Assembly (NCBI RefSeq): GCF_008831285.2
Contig: NC_045138.2
Coordinates: 38,998,001 to 39,062,000, forward strand
From: Nymphaea colorata
Lineage: Eukaryota
Length of the DNA stretch: 64,000 nucleotides
Direction of reading: 5' to 3'
The position numbers were made by a program, and so were the translations under genes. Below, one piece after another: positions 1 to 11,992 of this stretch. Positions within the stretch are counted from its first letter, which is position 1; the number at the start of each line of letters is the position of its first letter. Below the pieces are notes generated by a model, which saw nothing but the letters and a program-made list of their open reading frames with translations, made no database searches and had not been told where the DNA came from.

Positions 1-3000
1 ACCCTTGAACAGCATGCTGACCCCACTACTCTCCCTACTGAGACTCCGAGCTGAAGCACCCGGCGAGTGGATGTTCTCCTCCCGGCGAAAGGATGAGCCC
101 GAGCTGGCGGCAGCGAGCTCTCTGGACCCCTGTTGGACGTCCATCTCCGACGCAGAATCCAGGAAGACCAGCATCTTGAGCGCCTTGTAGTAATACATCA
201 TCCCCCGGACGGTTCGAGCCAGCGTCTGTCCTCTATAAGAGGCCCATAGGCGGAGTTCCCTCACCTTGGTAGTCCACACTTCGTCTGGATTCTTCATCCC
301 TTCCCCCTGCATTCGTTCCAGAAAGTTTTGCCATTCATCTGGATAGATCCTCTGAAGGTAGAAGAGGATGGAGATACCGTCGCTGTTCTCCGTCCGCAGC
401 TGCTCCCTGCTGTACATGACGTCTTCATCGTAGTAGGGAGTCAGGACGCTGAAGGCGAGCATCTTCTCCACCTGGGGAGCGCGCGGCATGTTCATGAAGA
501 GGGAGTTGCTGAAGAAGGCGATCCTCCGCCTGGCCTCGAGATTTCTGGGGACATTGTGCATGGAGTCCCTGGACATCAGGATGGTGGAGAGCCTCCTCAG
601 CTGCCGGTAGAACAATGAATCCGCCTCTGGGTCGGGGATGTCCACGGCGTTTTCGAACAACAAGCCACCGCCACCAGTGGTCGGCGCTAGGCCTCCCAAC
701 TTCAGCTCCTCAGTCGTCCTCTTCTGTCTAGGCAGGTCCCGGATGCAAATGTCGTACAACGTCTGCAAGGCGTCTACCACATTCTGCATCGTCCCAGCGT
801 CCTTGGCACCGGGCTTCTTCAGGAGGACCCCCACAAGTACGATGAGCTTGGCGTGGATGTCCTTCAGCTTCTTCATCTCGTATGAGGAGGTAAGCCTCCC
901 GGCAGCAATGGCATCGTCCAGCTCCCCGAAAATAGAGGAAACGATGACATGCTCCTGCGTTCGGTCTCTGACAATCCTCTCCAGCAGGAATTTGACGCTA
1001 TCGTAGGCCTCGATGACGGCACATCGCCTATACTCATTCTTGCAGACCTTCTTCCACAGCGTCTGGTCCGACGCCCGAAGCTCCGTGGCCTGGCTGAGGG
1101 CAAGCAGAAGCTCGTTGCAGAGGAGGAGGCAGGGCCACCGGACGACCCTGATGTTCCAGGCGTTGGCCGGAATCTCCAGGAGCTCCACTTCTTGATCGCT
1201 CACGATGTCCTCCTGTCGGAAGGTAGTGATGATCTCGTTCCATATCATCGCGAACTTGGTGGCCTCGACCTGGTTCGACTCGATCTTCGTATACGGCTTC
1301 CCGAACCCGTATCTGAGCTTCAGCCTGCGGATGGCGTCTTGGAACCTGTTCTTGAGCGTACCCTGAGACTTCAAGAGATGCTCCTCCGGCATGAGGTTAA
1401 ACTGCATCGCGCTCGCGAAGAACTGGAAGCGGAGGCGAAGCTGCTGCAGGTTCCTGATCTCCCCAAGGTGGGAGAAAAGGCCGACGAGCGCCCCCGTGAA
1501 GGAGGAATAGATGGAGTACCAGATGGATATATCCATGAGATAGATGAGGACGACGGGCGCCCAGAGGAGGCCGACGGCGAACCTGTTGGAATGCTTGAAG
1601 AACTCGTGCCACCGGTACTTGACCGTGGTGAGCGAAAGCACCACCTTGGTTGGGGCGATCATGGGCTTGATCTGCAGGAAGTAGCTGAACATAAACTTGG
1701 TCGCCAGGACGACAGCCCAGAAGATCGTGTAAGCAAGGTTGTCGAAGATCCCCTCCCGCAGGCCACGCCCCACGAAGATCCGGCTCTGAAACCACCATGT
1801 CAGGACGTGGAACACCTTCCAATTCTTCTGCTCAAGGAAGTTCCTCACCCACGGCACCACGAAGAGAATGATGGCCAGCACCTCCGGCGACACGAACACG
1901 GCCGAAGCATAGAGGTAGTTTCGCACCTGCTGATTCCTCGCTGCCCTGGTCCTCTGTGGCCAAATCCGGGCGTAGAGCACCCCAAATACCACTGCCCACC
2001 CGGCCGCGACGACGCTTTTCAGCACCATCCTGACTCCCAGGGCCAACGTCTCCCTGGACACCAGACTGTACTGCATTCCAGCGTCCAGGAGGGACTGCAG
2101 GAACCTCAGTCCCGCCCAGGTGATGAAGACGCTTAGGAGCTTGACTCGCAGGTCGCCGTCGTTCTGGATAGCCTTCCACGGCGTACCGGATTGATCCCAA
2201 GCCACGAGGACCGCCGCCTGAAAGAAGAGGATGTGCATGATCCAGAGGCGATCGAAGCTCCGGAAAAGGTTCCAGAACGACCTCTGCTCAACGAAGCCCG
2301 TCTTCCCCACCTTGTTCTTCCGGAACGCTCTCCTGGTAACCGGCGTCGCCGTCACCTGTTGCTGTTGGAAGGGGGAGGAGGAGATCCCCCTCTGCTGCGC
2401 GGCGGCATCATTTGGGAGAATAAAGAAATTTGACGACAGCTTCAGGGGCCAACCCAACTGCGAGAAGCACCGGTTGGTCCAGAAGTACTCGTTGATGTCG
2501 TCGTAGTTCCGCCAGGCGGAGTGAGGGGCGGTGCCGTTCCCGCTAGAATCCACCTCCGCCTTCACCGTCTGGTACAAAGGCGTAACCACTCTCTGGAGGA
2601 AGGCGTTCTCCCCCGTGTAAGACGGCACCGCGGGCTGGCCGGTGTTCTCGTCGATATAATCCTCGAGAATCCGGTTGAGCTCCATAGCCGTGTGGTGGAA
2701 GATGTAGCAGAGGCACTCGGGCATAAACCGGAGATTGGCCGCCTCCCCCAGACCAGGAGGTACAGCGAAACGTAGAGGAGCTCGCGGCGCTCGTCCGAGC
2801 GGCCGCGGCCGGACGAGATCCAGATGTTGGACGACCGGCCGAGGAAAGCACACCAGGAGGTGTAGTTCTTCAGCAACTTCTTGCGGAGCTTGCTGACGAC
2901 GGAGGGATCAAGGGCGTCTACGTTATCCGGGGGCGGCTGGATCCGCATCTGGGCGTTGGCGAGGAGGAGGATGAGATGCTCCCGCTGGTTCCGGACATTG

Positions 3001-3281
3001 TCAGTTTGGAAGCCGAAGAAGGCGCCGAGCCAATCGAGCAGGTCCATGGAACCCGACCACTCGAAGAAGGGAGGTCGACGGAGCTGCCCCACCGTCCGAA
3101 GAGCCGCAACCGCGGCTCTGACCTCAGGGAACCGCAGAGAAGGGTGGTCCTCGAGGAGATTGTGAATGGGGATGATGTTGAAGGCCCGGTTCTCATCGTT
3201 GACGCGATCAGGTCGCCGGTAACGATCACCATGGCCGGCATTGTTTTCCTGGTGAGGAAACCTCTGCCTGACGCCGCTCAT
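1..3281 (-). CDS. Callose synthase, intron-poor GSL1/GSL5 (CalS11/CalS12) clade; 5' portion, runs off the left edge; 1-bp frameshift at 2745-2749
   Basis: ATG at 3281 gives ...FNIIPIHNLLEDHPSLRFPEVRAA...DLLDWLGAFFGFQTDNVRNQREHLILLLANAQMR...RRELLYVSLYLLVWG. After a one-base shift it reads EAANLRFMPECLCYIFHH...AWRNYDDINEYFW...YYKALKMLVFLDSASEMD...SMLFKG at position 1. The ATG of 'FMPEC' (2724) is in frame with the codon ending at 1, and no intron is evident. Confidence 0.93.
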
Positions 3282-6200
3282 GGCGCCCGGAGACCCTGCC
3301 CCTCACCCCCAACCAACCAGGAGAGAGGGGGAGGAGAAGGAGCAGCGGCAGCGGCGGCAGAAGAGAAGAGAGGGAAGACGAAGGAAATGGGGGAAGGAGA
3401 CGAACGCGGCGGTTTTTTTTTTTAGCCCATCCTCCGCTTTCTCGCTTCTTTCTTTCTAATCTTTTCCTCTTCCCCTCTTGGGATAACTTACGCCTAGCTT
3501 TTGTCCTTCACCCGGAAGAACGATTGGACTGTACCAACTTGGTCCGGACCCACCGAACCCTGGCTGCAGCCAACACCTCACCCACTCTGGGCTCGGCTCG
3601 CTCGGTTTCAGTTGTGGCCGTGGGCACGTGATTGTGTCGCTTGAAAAAGAAAAGTCATGGTGTTTCTTCAAAGGCAAAACTTTGAAGCGGTTTACATTTG
3701 GAGTGAGTCAATTTCTTAGGAGAGCGGAGCGGCCATTAGCTGGGCACAGCCAGAATTTTTAATTGCATTGAAACTGAAAGTCCCCGTCCGTTTCACGCCT
3801 TGTTCTGCGCGTCTTTCTCGCCGGCGGCGGTCGTGAAGAGGAATCCGGCGAGGCGGCGGGAGGGAGAGAGGCGATGGTTGAGTTGAGACCAAGCGGTGGA
3901 TGTGAACAAGTTTTCGTCCTCAACCCTGGTTAGACAGTTGTCAGTGCAAGTAGTGGGCTCTTGTCTCGAAATATATTAATTTTTTTTATTTTGAAAGAGA
4001 GAAATTTTCAAAAGCAGCCCTATTTTTGGTAGTATGATAAAAGAGGCCCAGATGTTTGACGTTTTCTCCTTTAACCACTTGCAAATGAGACCGTTAAATG
4101 TTAAAAAGTGACGTATTTGGATGGCTGAATGTAGTGTGTTCGTGCTTAAGTCCGTTTCTTGTTATTTATTTGGAAGTTGATTTTTTTCGCAATATGTTCT
4201 CTGCAATAACCCTTATCACAATTTCATATTTGTGCAATTAAAAAAATCAGTTTTTGTCTTGTGCCCACTTGTTAAAAAAAAAATAACTGTCCGCGGATTT
4301 TTGTGAAAGCTATTACAAACAGTTTGAAAAAAATTAAGAAACAAAATTCTTTAGTTTTGCCAATTTTTTCAATATTACTTGGGATGATTAAGTTGGATTT
4401 TACTATATTGAAAACTACTAACAAGTGACAAGAGTTACAGAAAGGTAATGGATGAAGCTTAGGAAAGCATAGTATTAGAACATTGACAGCAGTTTATTTT
4501 AATTATTACTTAACAGTTTTTTTTGTAAAACTACAAAGAATACTATCAAATTATTTGCAAAAAAATATGCTCATAAAAGCTTTTTGGAAAAAAAAAATGT
4601 TTGGGAGCTTAGCTTTTTAGTCGTGATCCCAAATCTAAGCCTCAGTTTTCTATTTTACAGTCGATGTCATCCTTAAATAAGGACTCAAGCTTTATTATAT
4701 ATTTTTATTCTAATCTTTTTTTTTATTCCAACTCGTACAACAAACGTCTAAACAAGATACTGACATCGATACGCTTTTTCCATATTAAAATAAAAAAACG
4801 CTGAGTTTAATTTTAAAACGCTAAATTTGCACATCTTTAAATATGTCATTATTATTTAACTGAAGAACCTGTTTTTGTAGTTGTCACTAAAAGGAGGTTC
4901 GCATCAAGAACATAAAATAACGTGAAGGCCTTTATTTATATGTGCAAGAAACATAAAAACTCAATTAAAAATTCGTTACCTGACAAAAAGATCAAGACTT
5001 GAAGTTATTTAAAGATAAAGAACTCAAAACATCGCCTTTTCAAAAATAGTTGCATATAAAAACCCAAGGGAAAGCAGAAGCTTGTACTGAGAAATTTAGG
5101 AAACATATTACGTTTCTCCGTCTAACTTAGGTGTATCTTACAGTGGCTTTTTTGAATAAAGCACATGCTACAGGAAAAGATATGCTCGGTCAAATAAATT
5201 GTTCGAAAGCATGAGCCTCTTTCTGTCATTCCAGAAAAACCAGGAGCCGTCGTGTTATTCCTTCAATATGATTGGCAGCCTTTTTTTGCCAACGGCTATG
5301 TGTTTCCGCTGTCAGATGGAAAATATAATATTCGTAAAAAGGAGAGAAAGTGGAGGATGTGCTTTCAACTTCTTACAAAGGGCCTTTTTCTTATTCAAAA
5401 TACAGTAATTTTATAATCGGTTAAAGATCCTAGAAAACGCATTGACAATGAAAATAAAAAAAAAATCAAGTAATTTTATAATTGGTTAATGATCTAGAAA
5501 TGGTAATTAAAAATGAAAAGAAAAATTAAAAAGGTAGCCCGGAAATTCTATCGCATTTTCAATGTGATGCCGTTAACATGGAAATGTTTGTTCTCAAGAG
5601 CCAAGAGGGATATTTTAGTAAATTTATAGGGTAAAATTTTCACAGTTTTCACTCTTATCTAATGGAGGCATTTTAGGTATTTTTCAATGGGTGTTTGGAT
5701 GACAGCTTCTTTTAATTCAATTTTGTAAAAACTAGGGTTATATAAAAACAAAGTTTTTAATGAGCTTTAGAAACTTTTTTTTTTGTTTTTAGTGGCACAT
5801 CTAAAATCTGATTTTTGCATAACTTAGGGGCAGTTTGATGGATTTAAAACCTGAATTTGAAAAAATATTTTTGAAAATAAGTTTCCTGAAATAAAGGAAT
5901 GGGGAAAATGTTTCTGATCCTCGTTTTGAGAAATACCTTTTCAAAAAATTATTTCTTAGTTTTATAATAAAGAAACATATTTTCAATTTTACATAACATC
6001 TTTTACTGGATTCCAAACTCTTGTCTGCCAGGTATCGCTTATTAACAACAATATTAAGAAGCCATTAGTGCGAAAAACATGCCATCCTAACTTCAATATT
6101 CAAATTTGACAACATCCTAGACCTTCAGACTCTACGCTGCCATACATGAACTATAGATCACACGGTTCATCTTGACTCCAAAAAAGAAAAGAACAACAAT

Positions 6201-6822
6201 AACACAGAATTTTGCTTCAGATTTTATGCATTACAACAACATCACCTGTCTGAAATTGGGCCACTGCTCATCTCACAACATTTTTCCCTTTCTAATCTCA
6301 GAGAAATCAAAAGCTCACTACAACAGAAACTCAGATGCTTTATACCAAGTACATGTGAAGCAAAGCTTAATGATGGTAAAATACTTGTAAACTAAAGATG
6401 ATTACCATAACATGGTTGGCATAGTTATTGAACAATTGTGCCCTGAAAGTGAGGGAAAACTTGAAGCAGGCAGACTTACTGACAATGTGATCCCTTGTGC
6501 AGCGGTCACATTTTTCTTTCTGGTGGTTCCATTGCTGTGGCAGTTGTTAGTGAACATTGTCGGAGTTCAGTAAACCTGAGCCTCCGGTGAATAGATGCAG
6601 AGTGTGAAAAGGAGTTCTAAAAGATTTTTTGCAGTTAGAATCCAGTGTATTTATTAGAGCCTCTTATAGTTTCAGTTGGTTATGCTGATAATCCCAAGCG
6701 AATATATAGAGCAACTGGCCATTGTACGTATTAACATGTGTAAAGATTGATGAATTCGTAGTAATGTGAATCATAGAGCATCAATATTAGTTCAGTTCTT
6801 TTTTGTCGATCAAGCTTTTTGT

Positions 6823-6937
6823 GTGTCTATTAAGCACTAGTTCCATCTGCAGATGTGCATAAATGATTTCTGTTTAGTCCAAGTGTCTATTAAGCACTAG
6901 TTCCATCTGCAGATGTGCATAAAAATGATTTCTGTTT
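6823..6937. repeat. Tandem duplication with 60-bp period
   Basis: gtgtctattaagcactagttccatctgcagatgtgcataaa...tgatttctgttt occurs at 6823 and at 6883. Confidence 0.9.
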
Positions 6938-7234
6938 CTGTTTGTAGCCTCTGTGTATAAATGGATTGGATATATATCAGAAGTGGCTCCTTCTCATGCA
7001 CTCAACCTTGTAATAATCCATCAACTTGAAACAGCTGAGGCTTCAAAAACTTGGAGTTGATATGCTACATTCCATGAAGAATAGAAGAACCCAACACCTT
7101 TAATGGCCATCAACACCATTATTATAAATTAATGATAATATACAAGGTTTACAGTAAAAGGGTGGACTCAGGACTGACGCCAAAGCTACATGAGTACATG
7201 AACAGTTGTTTGTTAGAGAATTAGCTTCCCCAAT

Positions 7235-7770
7235 TGACACCATTATAACCAGCAAGCCTGTCTCCCTAAGCCAAGGCATAATTCTATGCCGAGCCTTCAC
7301 TCTTTTTTCCAGATCAAAGAGCAGGTAGCCAGGGAATCACCAGCAAGTTTGCTGTTCGTTCAGAACCAACTATGGAGGCCTACAGCTTTCATAATCTCCA
7401 GCAAATTCCCCTTTGCGTTCCTGCCCAAAACGTGGCGATATCCGAGAACGATCAGTGGGTCAACATCTTCGTTCTTGATTCCCAACCTAGAAAAGAAACT
7501 GACCTTGTCTTTCACATTCTCCTTAGAAGATTCAAGCAAAATAATCAAGCCATCGCCCAACGCTTCCCCAATCGTCCCCTTCTCGCACCCAAGATCGTAA
7601 AAGATCCCAACCTTCCTGCAATTAACGTAGCACGAATCCAAACAAGGGGATTTCGTGAGATGACTCTTGAGCAAGACCCACTCGTCCGTTGATTACTCCT
7701 GGCGGCACAAAACGAAGGGAAAAGCCAGACAGATGCCAACCAACTGCGTCCTGCTGAACCCCAACTCGAT
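7235..7770 (-). pseudogene. Fragmented mTERF18/SHOT1-like mitochondrial transcription termination factor sequence
   Basis: Colinear blocks ELGFSRTQLVGICLAFPFVLC*, DSCYVNCRKVGIFYDLGCEKG...KVSFFSRLGIKNED, YRHVLGRNAKGNLLEIMKAVGLHSWF* and FPGYLLFDLEKRVKARHRIMPWLRETG resemble plant mTERF18 as recalled (RKIRIFYDLGCE; YVFGRN; FPAYLCFDLE.R). The blocks are separated by stops, frame changes and apparent internal deletions. Confidence 0.75.
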
Positions 7771-8204
7771 AATGGCGTGCAGAATGAGAAAGAGGCTGTC
7801 TACTGCTAGGACGAGAGAGAGAGTCGTTGAAGAAACTTCTATCAGGAAATGAAAACCCCCACCTGACGAGGCAGCGGCGGAGGACGAAAATGAGAAGAGG
7901 AAGCAGCAGAGTAAGGCAGCGGCGGAAGACGAACATGAGAAGAGGAAGACGAGGGGTGCCCGACGCGAAGAGCCCTTACGGGCAAAAAAATAATTCGGAA
8001 ACATTTTTTCGAGTGGAAACATTTTCTCGATTCCCGCCTCAACTCAATGGCCTTAAAAAAAAATTTCACGTTTGAAAAACTGAAAAAATTTTAAAATTTT
8101 TTTTGTGGGATAAAATAAATTTCAGGTTTCGAGTTTTATTCAAACTCAACTTTGATGATCCCGAAACATTTTAAAAACCTTGTTTTAAAGTGTCACCCAA
8201 ACCT

Positions 8205-9300
8205 AGTTTTTGATTAACACATTTTCAAGAAAATATTACTGTGGTTGGGCCCATAACAATTTAAAAAGATGGGCGTTTTCCCCTCCTGACTCAACACCCC
8301 CTATGCCTATCACGTGAAGGTCAATTAACTTGTCTCGTTTATTTTAATTGATGCTACTTGGAATACTGTAATGCTTAACCATTAAGTTTACTTGAAATAT
8401 TCAATTACTGTAGTAGGGCAAGCTTGACTATTGGTTTACTTTAATTGATGCCATTTGGAATATTCAATTACTCTAGTAGAGCAGGCTTCCACTGCCGTGA
8501 CCTAATAAAGGGACCAACAGTTCTTAAGAAGAAGAAGAAGAAGTGATAGCAGTTTTGTGTCTATATATATGACTAATATTCAGTATGTTGATGGTGCAGA
8601 ATGTTAACTAGGAGCTGTCTTCTGTCATTCTTTCCTAGCAATAGAGGGTCTCCCTCAGCGCAATTCATTGGAAAGGAAAGATCTAAATGGAGGGCACACG
8701 AAAAGGAAATGATCCTTCAAGAATTAGTGTCTACTCGGTTTAACTTCATTTCTATTTCTGTAAGTTCTCATGGCAAATTTCTCTTATGACGAGTTCGTAA
8801 GAATGTGCTGTTTACAATGTCATTGAGTCGAGTCTTCCTCTCTATCTGTCTCTCTGATCTCTAGCACGAAAGAAGACAAGCCACAGATGGAAGATCAAAC
8901 AAAAACTAATGGACCTCACACAAGCCACAGGCATTGACAAAGCATCTGCCGACGATCTTCTAATACCATCTCAATTCTCATGAGTCTTAAAACAGCAAAC
9001 TGAGTAAGCAACCGGAACAGTAAATCTTTCGATTGGCAGCTTTGCATCCGACTTCACTCATTCAGTTTACAACGTCTGATACTTTAAGAAACTATCCATA
9101 GATCTCTCCTTAACCTCGCTAGCTTTGTCACACCCAATAAAACCAAAAACAAAAGAGAAGTTAGTGTACCTTTGAGCCATTGAAGAAGGTCGGCGGCTGC
9201 TGATTCCGATCGATCAGAGCCTTCCTTTCTGCTTCCTTGCTGTTTGTGAGTGAGCTGAGGTCTTCGGCCCATTTTTATAAAATTTTTGTATTGTCCTATC
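8205..9300 (-). pseudogene. Truncated SDR paralog: 5'UTR, micro-exon 1 (9170-9180) and most of intron 1; exon 2 absent
   Basis: Colinear similarity to 12920-13995. ATGGCTCAAAG|gt is intact at 9180-9168. The ~40 bp holding the TATA-like box of the SDR-1 copy is missing near 9270, and similarity ends at the Harbinger-like end (~8203). Confidence 0.85.
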
Positions 9301-9393
9301 TTTGCTCTATAATATTAATATAACCAGAGTAGTAGGTGTAGTTGTTGCAATAGTAACTGAAAATTATGTAATGCGAGCCAGCTAAACTCCATC

Positions 9394-9690
9394 GTGAAGG
9401 AACCTGATCCTTCACTGAAGATCGCAACGATGCCCTTAGATGGAGAAAACTGTAATGTGTGGGATAAGCCGGCTAGCTTGCACCTGTGCAGAAAATCAAG
9501 GTTAGGGTATGTGAACGGCAAGATCATGCCCCCACCAAGAGAAGACCCTAACTACGACGGGAGGGAAGCCAATGACCCAATAATCATGTCATGACTTCTC
9601 AAGTCAATGGAACCAGAAATCAACAAAACCTGCACAACTGAAGTATACTACTCAAGAGATGTAAAATTTTTAAAAGATACACCATACATC
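9394..9690 (+). mobile_element. Degraded Ty1/copia remnant (gag N-terminus joined to an integrase-downstream fragment)
   Basis: Translation ...LDGENCNVW...SRLGYVNGKIMPPPREDPNYDGREANDPIIMS*LLKSMEPEI resembles the copia gag N-terminus. The following YYSRDVKFLKDTPY resembles the copia 'SRDVxF.E' motif. An in-frame stop is present. Confidence 0.75.
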
Positions 9691-11992
9691 AAAGAGAAAT
9701 AGATCAACATCTTTGTGTAAAAGATGCACACTACCATTCTTTTACCAATACAAGAAGAAGAAAGTAGAACACAACCCACAAGAGATAACACAGAGGCTAC
9801 AAGAACAGAAGAACCTGGAGCAGAGCTACAGTCAGTTGAGCAATGTATGGGCGAAAACACAGTTCAGCTATGCACTCAAACTTGTGGCTTGTCGACTTTA
9901 TGTCCTTGCTCCTACCAAGTCGTAAATGTTTTCATTAAAAGATCTTAACAACTCAAATGAATCGTTTCTAAGTCATCATGCTTTTGTCATTTAATTCAAT
10001 GAAACTGTCCCTTAATTAGTGATTTTATTCAACTTCTCATTGTAGACCCACTGGTCTTAGCTGATTATACAATAGATCATGCTAACCACCTAGACTGTAT
10101 GAAATGTTTTATTTTTCATAGGAGGAGTTATGGATGAGTTCGAGTTGCATTCATTATCGTATGCACCAAAAAAAGAAGGGGGCAGTCGACGTATTTTGAA
10201 GATTTTTCAAAAAGAAATATTTTGTTTACTATTAATTTTTTCATTACCTTTTTTTTTTGTCATTATAGGGAGCTCTCTTTTTAATTATTTTGGTTATTAC
10301 AAACTTTTGTGCATATGGGGTGTGCATATAACCAGCTTCACTTATACAGGTATGTTGAGTGGGAAGATATATAGTCATTTCACCAAGCGTCGACATAGCC
10401 CTAAACTTTGGGAGGAAAGGTGTGTTTTCGCTCTCACTTGGGCTTGAATTTCTCCTCTCATTCACCTAAAAAAAATGTAAAATTAAGGGAACATCTGATA
10501 GGACTAAAAACTAGATTCCAAAGGAACCCTAACAGCCTTTATATGGATTAAAATCAGATGTTGTATGTGGATCTAATTTTTTCCTAAAGGAAAAAAAAAA
10601 TGAACAAGACTAGAAGTAAGAAAAATTGATTCCCTCTAGATTCCATCCTGCGTCAGCAGGCTTTCACGCTTTTATTTTTGGAAGTATGATTTTTTAAAAA
10701 GAACTACAAAAGGCATTTAATTTTGTTTGAACCAATAACACATGACCGGTCAGCTTTTAAAAGTGAAAAAAAAAAGTGTTCCAAAGAAATTTAGAAATAG
10801 CTGCCTATTGACAGAAAACATCAACATTTGATATATAAAATAACAAAAAAGTGCCCCTTATAAAACAAAAATATCTTTGCCCGGCCAAGAAGAAAGTGGT
10901 CCATCAAAATTGAACACTTATTTATCAGCTTGATTTGAACGACACCTTTAGGTTTTGATTTTTGCCTCTAAAATCAGGTTTTTAAAGTATTTTAGTGTAT
11001 CAAAACGGGGATTAAAAAAAAAACCAGATTTAGCAAAACAGTAGCATCTGCATTGAAGATTTTGTTATTTTTTCATTACACTGAATTGTCATGGGGACTT
11101 CCAATAAAATTGTACTTTTTCAAATCCAACCCATTTTGCATCCATATACAAATGGAGTAAACCATGATTCAAATTCAATAGGCTGCCACTTTCTTCCCCA
11201 AATTTAAAGCTTTTTAAGTGCACAAGTGGTGTAGAAAATACAAGCCAGTGGATTCAACTCTGTCTCTAAGACACAATAAAAGAAAGCAAACCAAGCATAT
11301 GAATGCATTTAAAATATTTTGGCAAATAGAAGGGCCTGTGCTTTCATGTACAGGGCTTTGTGATAATTGAAGTATGATTTATAAGTGAGCCAGAGAATTA
11401 CAACCCAAAACCTCCTCAGCACCGGACAAATTAATTAGTGCAATTGATCTTACCTGACATTGGAAGATCGTGACAATAAAGCCCTGCCTCAATTCTCATC
11501 TTGGTCATGTCAGTTCTTTTTCGGGCTTGCTTATAACAATGTTTAGGAATGTAACTAGATAAAATGTGTTTTTGATTTACCAATTTTGATTCCAAATTCA
11601 TTTAGCTGAATTTGGTAACGAACTATGGATCCAATTGCTAAACGGATTCAGATTCTGTAGTTAACTTCATAACAGATCCGTTCAAGTCCTATATCTTTTT
11701 AGGATTCCAATCTGATTACTTATAAATGTCAAATGTTATGCCAGTCGATTCTAACAGCAATTTTGAAAATGGGGTCAAGATCTGATCCCAATTACATATG
11801 AATGCATTTACAGTGCTATCTAGACCTGTTATCCGACATATGTTCTTCCATTTCACTGGATCTTCAAGGTTCAAAGGTTTTCATTGATGAATTACAAACA
11901 CAGCAGAAGGAACTAGGGAGTCCTGATGAACTGAGAAGCAACAATTTTATATGTGAGCAACATGTGGAAACAAGAATTTTGCTCCTCCCCTC

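Larger units (their letters stand above)
5689..8202. mobile_element. Putative non-autonomous PIF/Harbinger-like element carrying a gene fragment
   Basis: Left end GGGTGTTTGGATGACA (5689) and right end TGTCACCCAAAC (8191-8202) form an imperfect inverted repeat. Both ends match, in inverted orientation, the two ends of the short element at 45422-45696. No clear target-site duplication (TSD). Confidence 0.55.

Noticed and set aside
949..2136. 395-aa plus-strand ORF (also 328-618, 2191-2433, 2521-2775, 2976-3425)
   Set aside because: Codon-aligned antisense shadows of the GC-rich callose synthase CDS; no recognisable protein features.
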